A stretch of DNA of 64,000 nt from the NCBI RefSeq assembly GCF_006345805.1, contig NC_043005.1:90210001-90274000 (forward strand). Reading direction: 5' to 3'. Shown in pieces: positions 11,833 to 25,688 of the stretch. Within the stretch, counting starts at the first letter, position 1; every line of letters begins with the position of its first letter. The translations under genes and the position numbers were made by a program. The notes beneath the pieces were generated by a model. It ran no database searches. It saw nothing but the letters and a program-made list of their open reading frames with translations, and had not been told where the DNA came from. Origin of the DNA: Octopus sinensis. Its lineage: Eukaryota.

Positions 11833-12015
11833 TATATATATACATACATATATATATATGCATATATATACATATATATTATACATATATATAATACATA
11901 TATATGCATATATATATACATATATATATATACATATATATGCATATATATATATATATATATATATAGACATATATATATATACATATATATATATACA
12001 TATATATATATACAT

Positions 12016-12072
<57 letters not shown>

Positions 12073-12135
12073 ATATATATATACATATATATTACATATA
12101 TATATATTATATATATATATACATATATAACATAT

Positions 12136-12183
<48 letters not shown>

Positions 12184-12205
12184 ATATATTTATATATATA
12201 TATAC

Positions 12206-12247
<42 letters not shown>

Positions 12248-12257
12248 ATATATATAC

Positions 12258-12297
<40 letters not shown>

Positions 12298-12307
12298 ATA
12301 TATATAC

Positions 12308-12346
<39 letters not shown>

Positions 12347-12373
12347 ATATATATATATATACATATAATATAT

Positions 12374-12408
<35 letters not shown>

Positions 12409-12445
12409 CATATATACATATATATATATAATATATACATATATA
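11832..12445. repeat. Long (TA)n-rich microsatellite
   Basis: Direct reading. Confidence 0.95.
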
Positions 12446-13196
12446 GTTCAATATCAGAGGCATGGATAGGGGAGACTGGCATGCATGGGTGAGATTGCTG
12501 ATCTTCCACAAACAACCTTGCCTGGACCTGAGCCTCGGAGGGGAACTTTCTGGGTACAATCTCATGGTCATTCATGACTGAAGGGGCTCTTTACCCTTTT
12601 TGTATATATATATATATACATGTACATGTGTTGTTTAGTGTCAGACAAATAAGCAAGTGGTCAATGCATGTACAGGATGTGGTTTTTCTTCTTAAAACTG
12701 AAACTGAGAGTTTTTCTCAAAACGTCAGTTTTATGCCTCTGCATCACTAAGATACGTGTGTGTGTATTCTTTGTTGTGTGTGTTTTGTTTAGCATTATAA
12801 TGGGTTATGAACAATGCTTCATTCATTACTCATCTATTTTTCTCAGGAATTGTATATATAATGATTTTCTTACCCATTTCAGGCAGTTTTAACAATTGGT
12901 TTCATAAATAGGTAAAGGGAAGAGTTTGGAAAAACCAGACCCAGCACTTATCAGAAGAGCTTCTAGGACAAGTGTGGCCTTATTTCCCCTATAAATCTTT
13001 CTTATCAGTGATAAGATTGGTTTTTCCCCAATCCTCATTTTGGAAAACGAATTGGTTAGACAACCAAAATGAGTATATAATAATTGTACAGCATAAATAT
13101 TAGTGACTTTATTAACAAATATCATATACAAATGCCTGTCTTTTTTTTTCTGACTCATAGGTCCTTAGCTGACTATACACACACACACATCCATGC

Positions 13197-13243
<47 letters not shown>

Positions 13244-13297
13244 CACACACACATACATGCATATATATATTTGTGTGTGTATGTATATATAATATAT

Positions 13298-13350
<53 letters not shown>

Positions 13351-13405
13351 TATATATAAATATAAATATATGTATATATATAATATAATATATGTATATA
13401 TATAA

Positions 13406-13441
<36 letters not shown>

Positions 13442-13444
13442 GGA

Positions 13445-13770
13445 TATATAGGAGCACTCTGTTGGTTATGACAATGAGGGTCCCAGCTAATACGATCATC
13501 GGAACAGCTTGCTCGTGAAATTAACATACAAGTGGGTGAGTACTCTGTAGACATGTGTACCCTTAACGTAGTTCTCATGGAGATCCACCGTAACACAGAA
13601 TGTGACAAGGCTGGTCCTTTAAAATACAGGTACTACTCATTTTTGCTGAATGGACTGGAGCAATGTGAAGTAAAGTGTCTTGTACAATGACACAATGAGT
13701 CGCCAGGAATTGAACTCACGACCTTATGATCGAGAGCCGAATGCTCTAACCACTAAGCCATGCACCTTCA
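13445..13770 (-). mobile_element. tRNA-headed SINE family D
   Basis: Minus head GCATGGCTTAGTGGTTAGAGCATTCGG..GAGTTCAATTCC; same family on the plus strand at 61143-61470; same head with another tail at 27831-28160. Confidence 0.75.
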
Positions 13771-13790
13771 CAATATATATATATATATAT

Positions 13791-14020
13791 AAGGCGGCGA
13801 GCTGGCAGAAACGTTAGCACGCCGGGCGAAATGCGTGGCCGTATTTCGTCTGCCGTTACGTTCTGAGTTCAAATTCCGCCGAGGTCGACTTTGCCTTTCA
13901 TCCTTTCGGGGTCGATAAATTAAGTACCAGTTGCGCACTGGGGTCGATGTAATCGACTTAATCCGTTTGTCTGTCCTTGTTTGTCCTCTCTGTGTTTAGC
14001 CCCTTGTGGGTAGTAAAGAA

Positions 14021-14022
<2 letters not shown>
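13791..14022 (+). mobile_element. Full-length SINE family B inserted in (TA)n
   Basis: AAGGCGGCGAGCTGGCAGAA head through GTAGTAAAGAAATA tail; CpGs intact. Confidence 0.88.
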
Positions 14023-14053
<31 letters not shown>

Positions 14054-14322
14054 CATACACATATATATATATACATATTTAAAATTCAGTTGAATTAGGT
14101 ACTTAAGTTGAAGCACCGAGTCAGTCCAGTATTATCCGCACATTTCAAAGTAAGGTGAATAAAATCAAAATAAGCAACAGGATATCAAGTGGTAGTGTAG
14201 TATGACCGTTCCAAGAGGCTCCATCTAATTGAACAATGCAATCATTATATCATACCGTTTTCAGCTGCACAAACAAATAAATGGAATTTTAACAAGTAGG
14301 ATACATTACGCTTTTTTTTAAA

Positions 14323-14713
14323 CTCTTTTTTACTTGTTTCAGTCATTTGACTGCGGCCATGCTGGAGCACCGCCTTTAGTCGAGCAAATCGACCCCAGGA
14401 CTTATTCTTTATAAGCCCAGTACTTATTCTATCAGTCCTTTTTGCCAAATCGCTAAGTGATGGCGACGTAAACACACCAGCATCGGTTGTCAAGCAATGC
14501 TAGGGGGACAAACACAGACACACAAACGCACACACACATAAATATATACATATATACGATGGGCTTCTTTGAGTTTCCGTCTACCAAATCCACTCACAAG
14601 GCTTTGGTCGGCCCGAGGCTATAGTAGAAGACACTTGCCCAAGATGCCATGCAATGGGATTGAACCCGGAACCATGTGGCTGGTAAGCAAGCTACTTACC
14701 ACACGGTCACTCC
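14323..14713 (-). mobile_element. SINE family A
   Basis: Full head-to-tail match to the other copies. Confidence 0.88.
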
Positions 14714-15329
14714 AAAATTAATATAATTTTGCTCAAATATTTTAACAGAACAAGGTGGAAGAAATTCATGTTGTCACTGTTGTAGTTAAGAATACACTGC
14801 AACTTCAAAGAATCGCATGTAGCACAGTGGGGTCATAGGGTTGTAAGGGTTGTAAGTCATTTCTAATTCATTTATCCCTTTATCAACTACTAAATCTGAG
14901 ACTAGAAAACTGTGTCTATTTTGAATAAAGGATAAGAGTGAGTTGACAGCTTATGGCTGGGTATGGTCATAAGAATAAATATAAGGACAAGCAACTTAGG
15001 CAAGTTAATATACAAAAAATATTAAATGCATTCAATATAAAAAATATACATATTGTTGCTATTATGCAAAAGTGTCGTAAGTCCAAAATGTTGCTTTTTC
15101 AGAAAACGATAAAATAGTTTCACCATTCCATAGCAAAACCATTGTACTACACTTTGACAATTTTTGATATCTTGGCATCTGAAGCAGCTGGAGATACAAT
15201 AGTTTGACCAAAATAACCAGCTATTGCAGGCAAAGATAAGTATTGAAAAAAATGCATTTGGCCAAATTTGGACATACAACAGTTTAACATACTAGCAATG
15301 ATATGTATACATATAAAAACGTCTGACTT

Positions 15330-15860
15330 AAACAGAATAGAAATGATATCAGGACTTAAAGAATTTGAACCGAAGTTCTACTCCTCTGCCTGCTCAAGTT
15401 ATAATCTCTTGAGCACTACGAAGTGTATTCTATGCAGAGAATACCTGTTTCTAATCTATAAACTATATTTATAATGCAAAGGGTAAGTTTTCTAGCATTT
15501 TTTAATTTATAACTATCGAATATTATGTTGATAAGGAAATGAGTTTTATAACTCTAATACAGAAACGCGTCCATAATTAACCGAAGACTGTTTGATTTCA
15601 TTATTTTCCTTCTTTTTTGCCTGTGTGAGTTACAGAGAAGGTTATCTGTGGAGTCATATTTTGTAGCGAAAAGAAATAACAGTCTTTTGGCTGCTATTTC
15701 CAAATTTTTCAGTATGTGGTTAAACAACTCGTTGCTAAACCCTTAATTATTGTTATAATTGTATATAAAACTTCTTGTATAAGTTTTTACCGAATATGGT
15801 TCCTTTTCATACTGAAACTACTTGGTGAAATTTAATAATTATAAATTAATAATTTTTTAC
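15330..15860 (+). mobile_element. Penelope-like 3' relic (possible GIY-YIG C-terminus plus terminal region)
   Basis: SSYNLLSTTKCILCREYLFLIY resembles the CxLC C-terminal motif of Penelope endonucleases and is followed by the block shared with 455-520. Confidence 0.4.
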
Positions 15861-15878
15861 CCTATATATATATATATA

Positions 15879-18033
15879 CTAGCAGTATCGCCCGGCGTTG
15901 CTCGGGTTTGTAAGGGAAATAACTATATAAGCATTTTTAGAGAGTTATAGCCAAAAAATAGCAAAAAATGTATTAAAAATGGAAAAAATATGATGGTAAA
16001 TTTTTTTTAAAATCGTTGACTCATCGTAGACATTTTTAGAGAGTTACTTCCCTTATATAATAGCGAAAAAATGCATTAAAATGGAAAAAAAACGATGGTA
16101 AATTTTTTTTTAAATCGTAGACTCATGTAGACGCTTTCTTAGCCATTTCTGTTTTGGTGTCTTCAAGCCATGAAGTCGTTGTTCTAAAAGAACGCTGGTC
16201 TCCTTGACAACGCATTACGACGTTGATTTCCTTACACTCCCTTCCCCACAGGTGCAGGTGTAAGCATGGACGCCAACTCCGCCGCCATCGACACACGAAA
16301 AATTATGCATTAAAATGGAATAAAAAATGATGTTAAATTATTTTTAAAATCGTAGACTCATCATAGACGCGCGCTAATACTCAGACGGGCTCGATATGAA
16401 TCACGACTATAAGCTACCCGAATTTGGTTAAACTGCACCGCAAAATGTGGGAGTAGTTATGAACCTAAATCGAAGGGGACAGACACTCACACAACTACAG
16501 TTTTATATATATAGATATACATAGCACAGTAGTGGTGAGATGTGACAGCAAAGAAAAGCATACATTCACTCTCTGCATGCAATTAGACTCGGAAAGTTCG
16601 TGAGGAACCCATTGACCCAATTTGCTGACTTTTCCGATAGCACACAGGTCTCAATGAATGGTTGAATGACCAAATCCAAGCTTCTTTGCTAGTTCCTCAA
16701 CAGTTACGATGAGATTTTGTTCCACCAGGGTTTTCAGGATGTCCTTGTCGAGTTCTGCAGATCTTTCAGGATGAGGCTCATCTTCTAGGCTGTAGTTTAT
16801 GGCTCGGAATTTCTGGAACCACCATTGACACTGCTTTACGCTTATTGTCCAATCCCCATATACTGCATTAATATTTCTTGTACTTTCCGTTGCGTTGTTG
16901 TCTTTATTGAACTCATAAAGCAAAATATGCCAAATATGCTCCTTTGTTACTTCCAACATAGCTTTGAAAAAAATAGCTGTTAAAATCGAAATGCACTCTT
17001 CAAAACTTGCACTATGAATAAGGACAAGATAAAATTACTACCTGCTTTTATAGCAAGTTAATATAAGTAGTTTATCCCATTCCCCTCTGACATTTAGTTC
17101 AAGCTGTTGAAAAAACCGCATTATTATATATATATACATACATACATACATACATACATATACACACACACTCTCTCTCTCACACACATGCACACATTTA
17201 TATTCTGTTATTCTTTTATATGTTTCAGCCTTGAGGTTGTGGCCATGCTGGATCATGTGTGTGTGTGTCTATCTGTCTGTCTGTCTGTATGTATATATGT
17301 ATATGTATGTGTGTGAACAATAATATTTTCAACAGATGTGTTGCAAATGTATCTGATTGTTCTCAAGCTTCAATACTGTGTGTGTGTGTATGTGTGTGTG
17401 TGTATGTATGTATATATATGTATGTATGTATATGTATGTATGTATGTATGTGTGTATGTATGTATGTGTGTGTGTGTATGTATGTATGTGTGTGTGTATG
17501 TGTGTTATGTATGTATGTATGTATGTATGTATGAGTGTATGTTTACTTTATTACTAACACAAGCCACTACGGTTATTTAATGTAAAGTCTTCCTCAAATC
17601 ACTCTCTCTTGCTATTTACTCTCTTCCAAGAACATTTTCACTCACTCTTATGTCTTAGCTTCCCATACATTTTACTCATGTATCTATCAGCGTCATAGAC
17701 AGAAACAAATATTACATCGCCATCATCACCGCATTCTATTGTCTACCTGTCAACACACTGAATTACTTTCACTTTATTCGTAGCACACTGTGTGTGTGTG
17801 CGTTTGCGTGTGCTGTAAACCAGACTAAGAAAAGCATTTGACATACACACCAGAATGTTAGTTTTCTGTAAATTTTGCTTAATTGGAGTTTAAATGTTAA
17901 AAACTGGACCTGGCATGACCCGATGCATTCTACTCTTAAAAATGCTAGGTAAATTGTAATTGAAGAAATCCTATATTGTAGATTTCTATAAGATACAAAG
18001 GGAGGCAGATAAAATCTGCCTTTTATAATAAGA
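15879..18033 (-). mobile_element. Composite Helitron-type unit, copy A
   Basis: Minus-strand 3' end is a hairpin ACCCGAGCAACGCCGGGC then CTAG|T at 15879; 5' end TCTTATTATAAAAGGCAGAT; contains a nested Helitron (15879-16517) and a mariner fragment. Confidence 0.75.
16545..16990 (-). pseudogene. Mariner transposase N-terminal fragment
   Basis: KEHIWHILLYEFNK..WFQKFR..SLEDEP..GKVSKLGQWVPHELS (Mos1/SETMAR-like HTH and WVPHEL motif). Confidence 0.85.
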
Positions 18034-19134
18034 CTAGCAGTATCGCCCGGCGTTGCTCGGGTTTGTAAGGGAAATAACTATATAAGCATTTTGAGAGAGT
18101 TATAGCCAAAAAATAGCAAAAAATGCATTAAAAATGGAAAAAATATGATGGTAAATTTTTTGAAAAATCGTTGACTCATCGTAGACATTTTTAGAGAGTT
18201 ACTTCCCTTATATAATAGCGAAAAAATGCATTAAAATGGAAAAAAAACGATGGTAAATTTTTTTTTAAATCGTAGACTCATGTAGACGCTTTCTTAGCCA
18301 TTTCTGTTTTGGTGTCTTCAAGCCATGAAGTCGTTGTTCTAAAAGAACGCTGGTCTCCTTGACAACGCATTACGACGTTGATTTCCTTGCACTCCCTTCC
18401 CCACAGGTGCAGTGTGAGCGTGGATGCCAACTCCGCCGCCATCGACACACGAAAAATTATGCATTAAAATGGAATAAAAAATGATGTTAAATTATTTTTA
18501 AAATCGTAGACTCATCGTAGACGCGCGCTAATACTCAGACGGGCTCGATATGAATCACGACTATAAGCTACCCGAATTTGGTTAAACTGCACCGCAAAAT
18601 GTGGGAGTAGTTAGGAATCTAAATCGAAGGGGACAGACACTCACACAACTACAGTTTTATATATATATAGATATACATAGCGCAGTAGTGGTGAGATGTG
18701 ACAGCAAAGAAAAGCATACATTCACTCTCTGCATGCAATTAGACTCGGAAAGTTCGTGAGGAACCCATTGACCCAATTTGCTGACTTTTCCGATAGCACA
18801 CAGGTCTCAATGAATGGTTGAATGACCAAATCCAAGCTTCTCTGCTAGTTCCACAACAGTTACGATGAGATTTTGTTCGACCAGGGTTTTCAGCATGTCC
18901 TTGTCGAGTTCTGCAGATCTTTCAGGATGAGGCTCGTCTTCTAGGCTGTTCCAATATAGCTTTGAAAAAAATAGCTGTTAAAATCGAAATGCACTCTTCA
19001 AAACTTGCACTATGAATAAGGACAAGATAAAATTACTACCTGCTTTTATAGCAAGTTAATATAAGTAGTTTATCCCATTCCCCTCTGACTTTTAGTTCAA
19101 GCTGTTGAAAAAACCGCATTATTATATATATATA

Positions 19135-19166
<32 letters not shown>

Positions 19167-19402
19167 CACACACACTCTCTCTCTCACACACATGCACACA
19201 TTTATATTCTGTTATTCTTTTATATGTTTCAGCCTTGAGGTTGTGGCCATGCTGGATCATGTGTGTGTGTGTGTGTGTCTATCTGTCTGTCTGTATGTAT
19301 GTATATATGTATATGTATGTGTGTGAACAATAATATTTTCAACAGATGTGTTGCAAATGTATCTGATTGTTCTCAAGCTTCAATACTGTGTGTGTGTGTG
19401 TA

Positions 19403-19433
<31 letters not shown>

Positions 19434-19504
19434 ATGTATGTATGTATATGTATGTATGTATGTATGTGTGTATGTATGTGTGTGTGTATGTATGTATGTA
19501 TGTA

Positions 19505-19537
<33 letters not shown>

Positions 19538-20014
19538 ATGTATGTATGTACGTATGTATGTATGAGTGTATGTTTACTTTATTACTAACACAAGCCAGTA
19601 CGGTTATTTAATGTAAAGTCTTCCTCAAATCACTATCTCTGGCTATTTACTCTCTTCCAAGAACATTTTCACTCACACTTATGTGTTAGCTTCCCATACA
19701 TTTTACTCATGTATCTATCAGCGTGATAGAGAGAAACAAATATTACATCTAGTTTCACTTTATTCGTTGCCCACTGTGTGTGTGCGTTTGCGTGTGGTGT
19801 AAACCAGACTAAGAAAAGCATTTGACACACACACCAGAATGTGAGTTTTCTGTAAATTTTGCTTAATTGGAGTTTAAATTTTAAAAACTGGACCTGGCAT
19901 GACACGATGCATTGTACTCTTAAAAATGGAAGGTAAATTGTAATTGAAGAAATCCTATATTGTAGATTTGTATAACTCCCAAAGGGAGGCAGATAAAATC
20001 TGCCTTTTATAATA

Positions 20015-20019
<5 letters not shown>
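18034..20019 (-). mobile_element. Composite Helitron-type unit, copy B (tandem duplicate)
   Basis: Colinear with copy A, with a ~158-bp deletion in the mariner part; minus-strand start A|TC at 20019. Confidence 0.75.
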
Positions 20020-20053
<34 letters not shown>

Positions 20054-20087
20054 TACACACACAAATACACATATACATACATACACA

Positions 20088-20129
<42 letters not shown>

Positions 20130-20529
20130 ATAAAATAATAAAAGAGTTACACTCTTTTCACGAAATAACATGAAAGGGCTCAATATATTGAACAAATATC
20201 AAAGTTCAATATTTGATTGTATTCCCATTTTGAATATGTATTGGCTGGACTAAGAGGATGATAAACTAATCTGTCTTCTCTCCCACCTTGTCCTTTGATA
20301 TATATATATACATACATACATGCATACAAACACATATATACTAGGTTAAGTTAAGTTTTTTCATAATTCAAGCTTTAATTAATAGCTCATACAAATTACA
20401 TATGGAAAGCATTTATTCATCAGAATATATCCTATTGTATTCCGTTGTCCTCTGCCATCAGCGTGTGCCAGAATCTAAATTCAATGCTTATGCCATTTGG
20501 CTGGTTTAGAGGCAAAAAAGCTCCTTGCA

Positions 20530-20860
20530 TTTGATTTCGACCTCATCAAAAACACACCCTCTTACAGCATGTATGTGCCCCAGTACACACTGGCAATATG
20601 GCTAAGTGCAAACTTGAGGGGCTGGAAGTGCTGCCCTCACCCTGCCTACAGTTCAGCCCTTGCACCATCAGATTACCACCTTTTCTGAGCCATAGCTCAT
20701 TTCCTACACAGGCAGGGGTCCAACAATGTGAATGAAGATGAACATAAGTGCAGGGAGTTTTTCTTTCTCAAACTGCCAAAGAGTTCAATTGTGGAATTGA
20801 GCTTCTGGCACAGATGGCAACAGACAATAGAATACGTTAGGATACATTTTGATGAATAAA
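20530..20860 (+). pseudogene. Mariner transposase C-terminal relic
   Basis: PHPAYSSALAPSDYHLF (the HPPYSPDLAPSDYHLF motif), with frameshifts. Confidence 0.75.
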
Positions 20861-21229
20861 TGATTTTCGTATATATGAAAGCATATTATCCACCATCAAC
20901 ATCAAAATAAATATCAAATGGAAATTGTAGTTGTGATACCTGTGCTGGTGGCACGTAAAAAGCACCAATCGATCGTGGCCACTGCCAGCCTCCCCTGGCA
21001 CCTGTGCTGGTGGCACGTAAAAAGCACCCACTACACTCACGGAGTGGTTGGCATTAGGAAGGGCATCCAGCTGTAGAAACTCTGCCAGATCAGACTGGAG
21101 CCTGGTGCAGCCTCCTGGCTTCCCAGACCCCGGTTGAACCATCCAAACCGTGCTAGCACGGAAAACGGACGTTAAACGATGATGATGATGATGATGATGT
21201 ATATATCTCATCATTTCCCCCATCTGTCT

Positions 21230-21645
21230 TAATATTTTTGTATGGGTTTGACAGGTCTGTCTACTCTGTCACAGCATCTTTCCACTCATTGCTCTCCTTT
21301 TGAAAGCAATCCGTTTCCTGATATCCAAACTCATCCTGTAACCAAGTCTTCAACAGATCTTCTCATGTCCTTCCTAGATCTTCCTCATCCACAGATTCAT
21401 TCCACTTACATCACTGTCACCTGCCATATGCATCCCGTGACCCCTATCGGTGTTGTTCTTGTTTTGTGCACTGAATCTCCTCACATCCAGGTTCACTCTC
21501 AATTCATTTGGATTTTCTCATTCACAGACACAACTACTCTCATAAATACTACACTTTCAGTACATCACGCTAGTTTCATTTCTCTCCTGCTTTCACTCAT
21601 CTGCATTGAACGTCCCTGCTTCACAACCATGCAATATGTGTGTGC
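21230..21645 (-). pseudogene. Old RTE-type RT C-terminal relic
   Basis: Decayed similarity to 31820-32200 (LHGxE.., GRGRSRK..). Confidence 0.5.
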
Positions 21646-21774
21646 GCTGTGTATATATGAGTGTGTGTGCGTATGTGTATAGAATATAATTTAATATATA
21701 ATATTACTATATTTAAAATTACTATATGATGTGTGTGTGTGCATATATATATATGTGTGTGCATATATATATAC

Positions 21775-22913
21775 CGTTTTTGTAGAAGACCCTAGCTTGG
21801 TCCTCCAACCTGAACGTGACTTCAGAAATCAAGGCTGCATCATCTGGGAAACGCTTTCCTTTCAAAAACAACTTCATGACTGGGAAGAGGTGAAAATCAG
21901 AGGGTGCAAGGTCAGGAAAGTAGGGGGATGGGGAGGAGTTCATAGCCATAACGCCTGTGCTTCTGATCTGGCGACAAGCGAGTTTTGGACCGGAGCGTTG
22001 TCCTGCAGGAGGAGGATGTCTTTGCTGATCTTGCCCCGCTTCTTGATTTTGATAACTTCTCTTAATTTCCTCAAAAGTGAAGCATAATAGGCTCCTGCAA
22101 TTGTGGTACCCTTTGCCAGGAAATCTGTCATCACTACTCCGTCCTGGTCCCAGAAGACTGTGAGCATGACCTTGCCAGCGGAGGGTTGCACCCTTGCCTT
22201 CTTTGGAGGGGGTGAGTCACGGTGCTTCCACTGCATTGACTGGGCTTTGATCTCTGGATCATCGTGATGGACCCAGGTTTCATCCTGTGTAATCAGTCTT
22301 TTGAAAAATTTTGACTCATCTTCTTGGCATCTCCAAATTCACCCTCGAGCACTCGACGCGTTCTTGCTTCTGGAAAGGCGTGAGCAACCTGGGAATCCAT
22401 CTGGCAGACACCTTTTGCATATGCAAATGGTCATGAATGATAGTTTCCACAGACCCGGTACTAATCTTGACTTCATGGGCTATTTGGCAAATAATTATGC
22501 GTCGATCTTCCAAAATGGCAGCCTCAACTTGATGGACAGATGCCTCATCAATGGCAGAAGGGGCGACCAGATCTGGGAGCTGTTTCCACAGAGTTCCGAC
22601 CATGTTTGAATTCACGATACCAGCGTTTTACAAGGTCATATGATGGGGCATCATCACCATAAGTTACTTTCATTTCATCAAAAGTCTCCCGTGGTGTGTG
22701 TCTTTCAAATACAAAAACCGGATCACTGCTCGACACTCAACAGGCTCCATTTCACACTTGACTCGGTTCAAACACCTGTAAATCAGAAACCAATTAATTC
22801 AGAGCTGTATTTGCCACTTACTCTATAGAGATACAAATGATTGCACATGCAAAATTTCAGCTAGATCCAACAACTGCAAGGGGTCAAAGGCATTACTTAT
22901 TGAACGTCCCTCG
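21775..22913 (-). mobile_element. Mariner (DD34D) element, frameshifted, 3' end lost
   Basis: TA plus TIR CGAGGGACGTTCAATAAGTAATG at 22891-22913; KVSARWIPRLL, SAGKVMLTVFWD, LLQDNAP and PDLAPSDFHLF across four ORF pieces. Confidence 0.9.
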
Positions 22914-23424
22914 TATATATAATATATATTAATATATATAATATATATATTATAATATCAAGTAACAATAAGGGTGAAAAATCAATTAATTTGGGGGGGA
23001 ATCTTATTAATTCCACAAGTAGATTTCGAAAACATGTAAAAGCCTCATTCGAGGGAATTTAAGTAATACTAGCAATAGGGTTTAGCACGAATGCCATCAC
23101 CACACACCAATATAGAAATAGCATGTCAAAGAGATTTATAACTATTCCTTCTCACTAAAAGGAGATTTCAGTAAAACACCACTTGAAAGGCTAACATTTA
23201 CAGGTAGAAAGAATGAAATGACGGTGAATTATCATACATTTTAAGTTACCTACGGACGTCCCTTCGAAATCAGGTTTATGTAGAAAGCATAAGAATTATA
23301 TAATTCTACCTATACCATATACTTCTTTATCTTATCGGCGTAGGATAATTTATAGATACGGCGTAGGATACGGCGTAGGATACGGCGTAGGAATAATTTA
23401 ATAATTAATATCAAGTTTCATAAT

Positions 23425-23462
23425 TGCGATATATATATATATATATATTATATATAATATTA

Positions 23463-23498
<36 letters not shown>

Positions 23499-23541
23499 GT
23501 ATATATATAATATATATATATATTATATATATATATATATG

Positions 23542-23608
<67 letters not shown>

Positions 23609-23697
23609 TATATATGTATATATATATATAATATATATATATAATATGTATCTATATATATATATATGTAGATATATATATATATATATTGTATATT

Positions 23698-23742
<45 letters not shown>

Positions 23743-23813
23743 ATATATATATATATTATATATAATGTATATATATATATATATATATTATATATATTAT
23801 ATATATATATATA

Positions 23814-23850
<37 letters not shown>

Positions 23851-23890
23851 ATATATATTATATACATATATATATATATATATATATTGT
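23425..23890. repeat. Long (TA)n microsatellite
   Basis: Direct reading. Confidence 0.95.
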
Positions 23891-24178
23891 GATTATTATT
23901 ATTACTATTTTTATTATCATCATCATCATCATCATTAATATTTAGCAGAAGCAACAGAGTGCCTCAGGAGCAGAGAGTTTTGTGCATTAGCACTCATCAA
24001 ATGAATGTACGAAACGCTCGGCCCTTGAGTCACTCACTCACTCTGTTGCTTCTGCTAAATGTTAATAAAAGGGATAGAGATAGATGCAAATAAAAGTGTG
24101 TGTGTGTGTATGGACAATATAATAATTATTGTAATGTATAATATGTTTATATAATGTACAGCTTTATGCAAATGTGTG

Positions 24179-24218
<40 letters not shown>

Positions 24219-24789
24219 GGTTTTTTTTTCCATAACTCTATAGAAATCTACAAATCAGTCTACCACAAGAGGAGGGTTCGGTGGGAGCAGAGGGTGGTGG
24301 TGAGGGAGGCGGCGGACTGGAAAAGGGGATGAGCGAGTGAGTGAGCGAGGGAGTTGCTGGTGTTGGCACTGTTGCCATGAATGGTGGCCAGCGATGGCAG
24401 GAGGAAAGCAGGGTGGAAGTGACATGGAGAGAGAGATGGGGCAGGATGGGTAATAGTAATAGGATGTGTGGTGGTGGTGATGGTGGTGGAAGGGGAGAGG
24501 AGAGAGGGGGGTAAGATGTGATAGCAATAATTGCAAGAGCATACACGGATGGGAGCGGATGAGGTTTGGTTTGGAAAAAAATAAAAAAATAAAGTAAATA
24601 AAAAATAAAATAAAAAAGTAAAAAAGAATAATAACAACAAAAAAAAACAAATGTCTGGCAGGTAGGGCAGGAGAACAAATAAATATATAAATAAAAAAAA
24701 AAGGGGGAAAAAAAAGGACAGGGAAAAGCTGAATGTTTTATTAAAAGGTAGATATTCCGCTTCAGTTGAACTCCCTCCCAAATCCTGTC

Positions 24790-24885
24790 AATTTTTATCA
24801 TCATCATCATCATCATCAACATCATCACCACCACCATCACCAGCATCATCATCTATATTATCATTATCATCATCATTATTATTAT

Positions 24886-24920
<35 letters not shown>

Positions 24921-24941
24921 ATAGTAGTAATAGCATCAGTG

Positions 24942-25005
<64 letters not shown>

Positions 25006-25530
25006 TATTGTATTGTCTGCCTCATCTTTTGCCCTAGTGGCAAATAAAATAAATCATTATCATCATCATCATCATCCTCGTTGTCATTGTCGTCGTTGTT
25101 GTTGTTGCTGTTGTTATTGTTATTGTTGTTGTTACTTTCAATTTCCATCCTTTGCTCTGGTTCTGTTTGGCAAAGGAAAAATCATTTTTTTTTCTCATGG
25201 AAGTTCTTTCGGACTGCTGTAAATGTTGCCCCCCACCATCCCCATTGCTGCCATCACGGTCATTGCTAAGACCATTATTGACCTTTACTGTCATTTTCAC
25301 ATCAGATCCATGACAACGAACCAAAGCAACCAGCCAACAAACCGGCCAGCCAACCAGTCTTTCTTGTTGTATAAGAATAAAGTTTAGTCTATAGTTCAGT
25401 CCAAATTAGTCATTATCATCCATCATCCGCTATTCACTCCACCACCACCACCACCACCACCACACCCACTGCCACCACCACCACTGCCGCCGCCACAACC
25501 ACCACCACCACCACCAAAACCATCATTTCC
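24790..25530. repeat. Cluster of trinucleotide repeats (ATC, TAG, CAG, GTT, CCA)
   Basis: Direct reading. Confidence 0.9.
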
Positions 25531-25688
25531 ATCAGCCTTTTACATGGTCATACATCCTGCTAGATACAATGGCAAAATCTTCAAAACTACATCCTATTGT
25601 CTTAAATATAGAAGATCACATTGTATTATGTAGTCCAAGATACTTCATGCCTGTTGAGATGTTCCCGATTAGAATGTTTTTGATTATA

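Noticed and set aside
21607-21617. TGAACGTCCCT matching the mariner TIR
   Set aside because: Same orientation as the 22901 TIR and inside an RTE relic; treated as chance.
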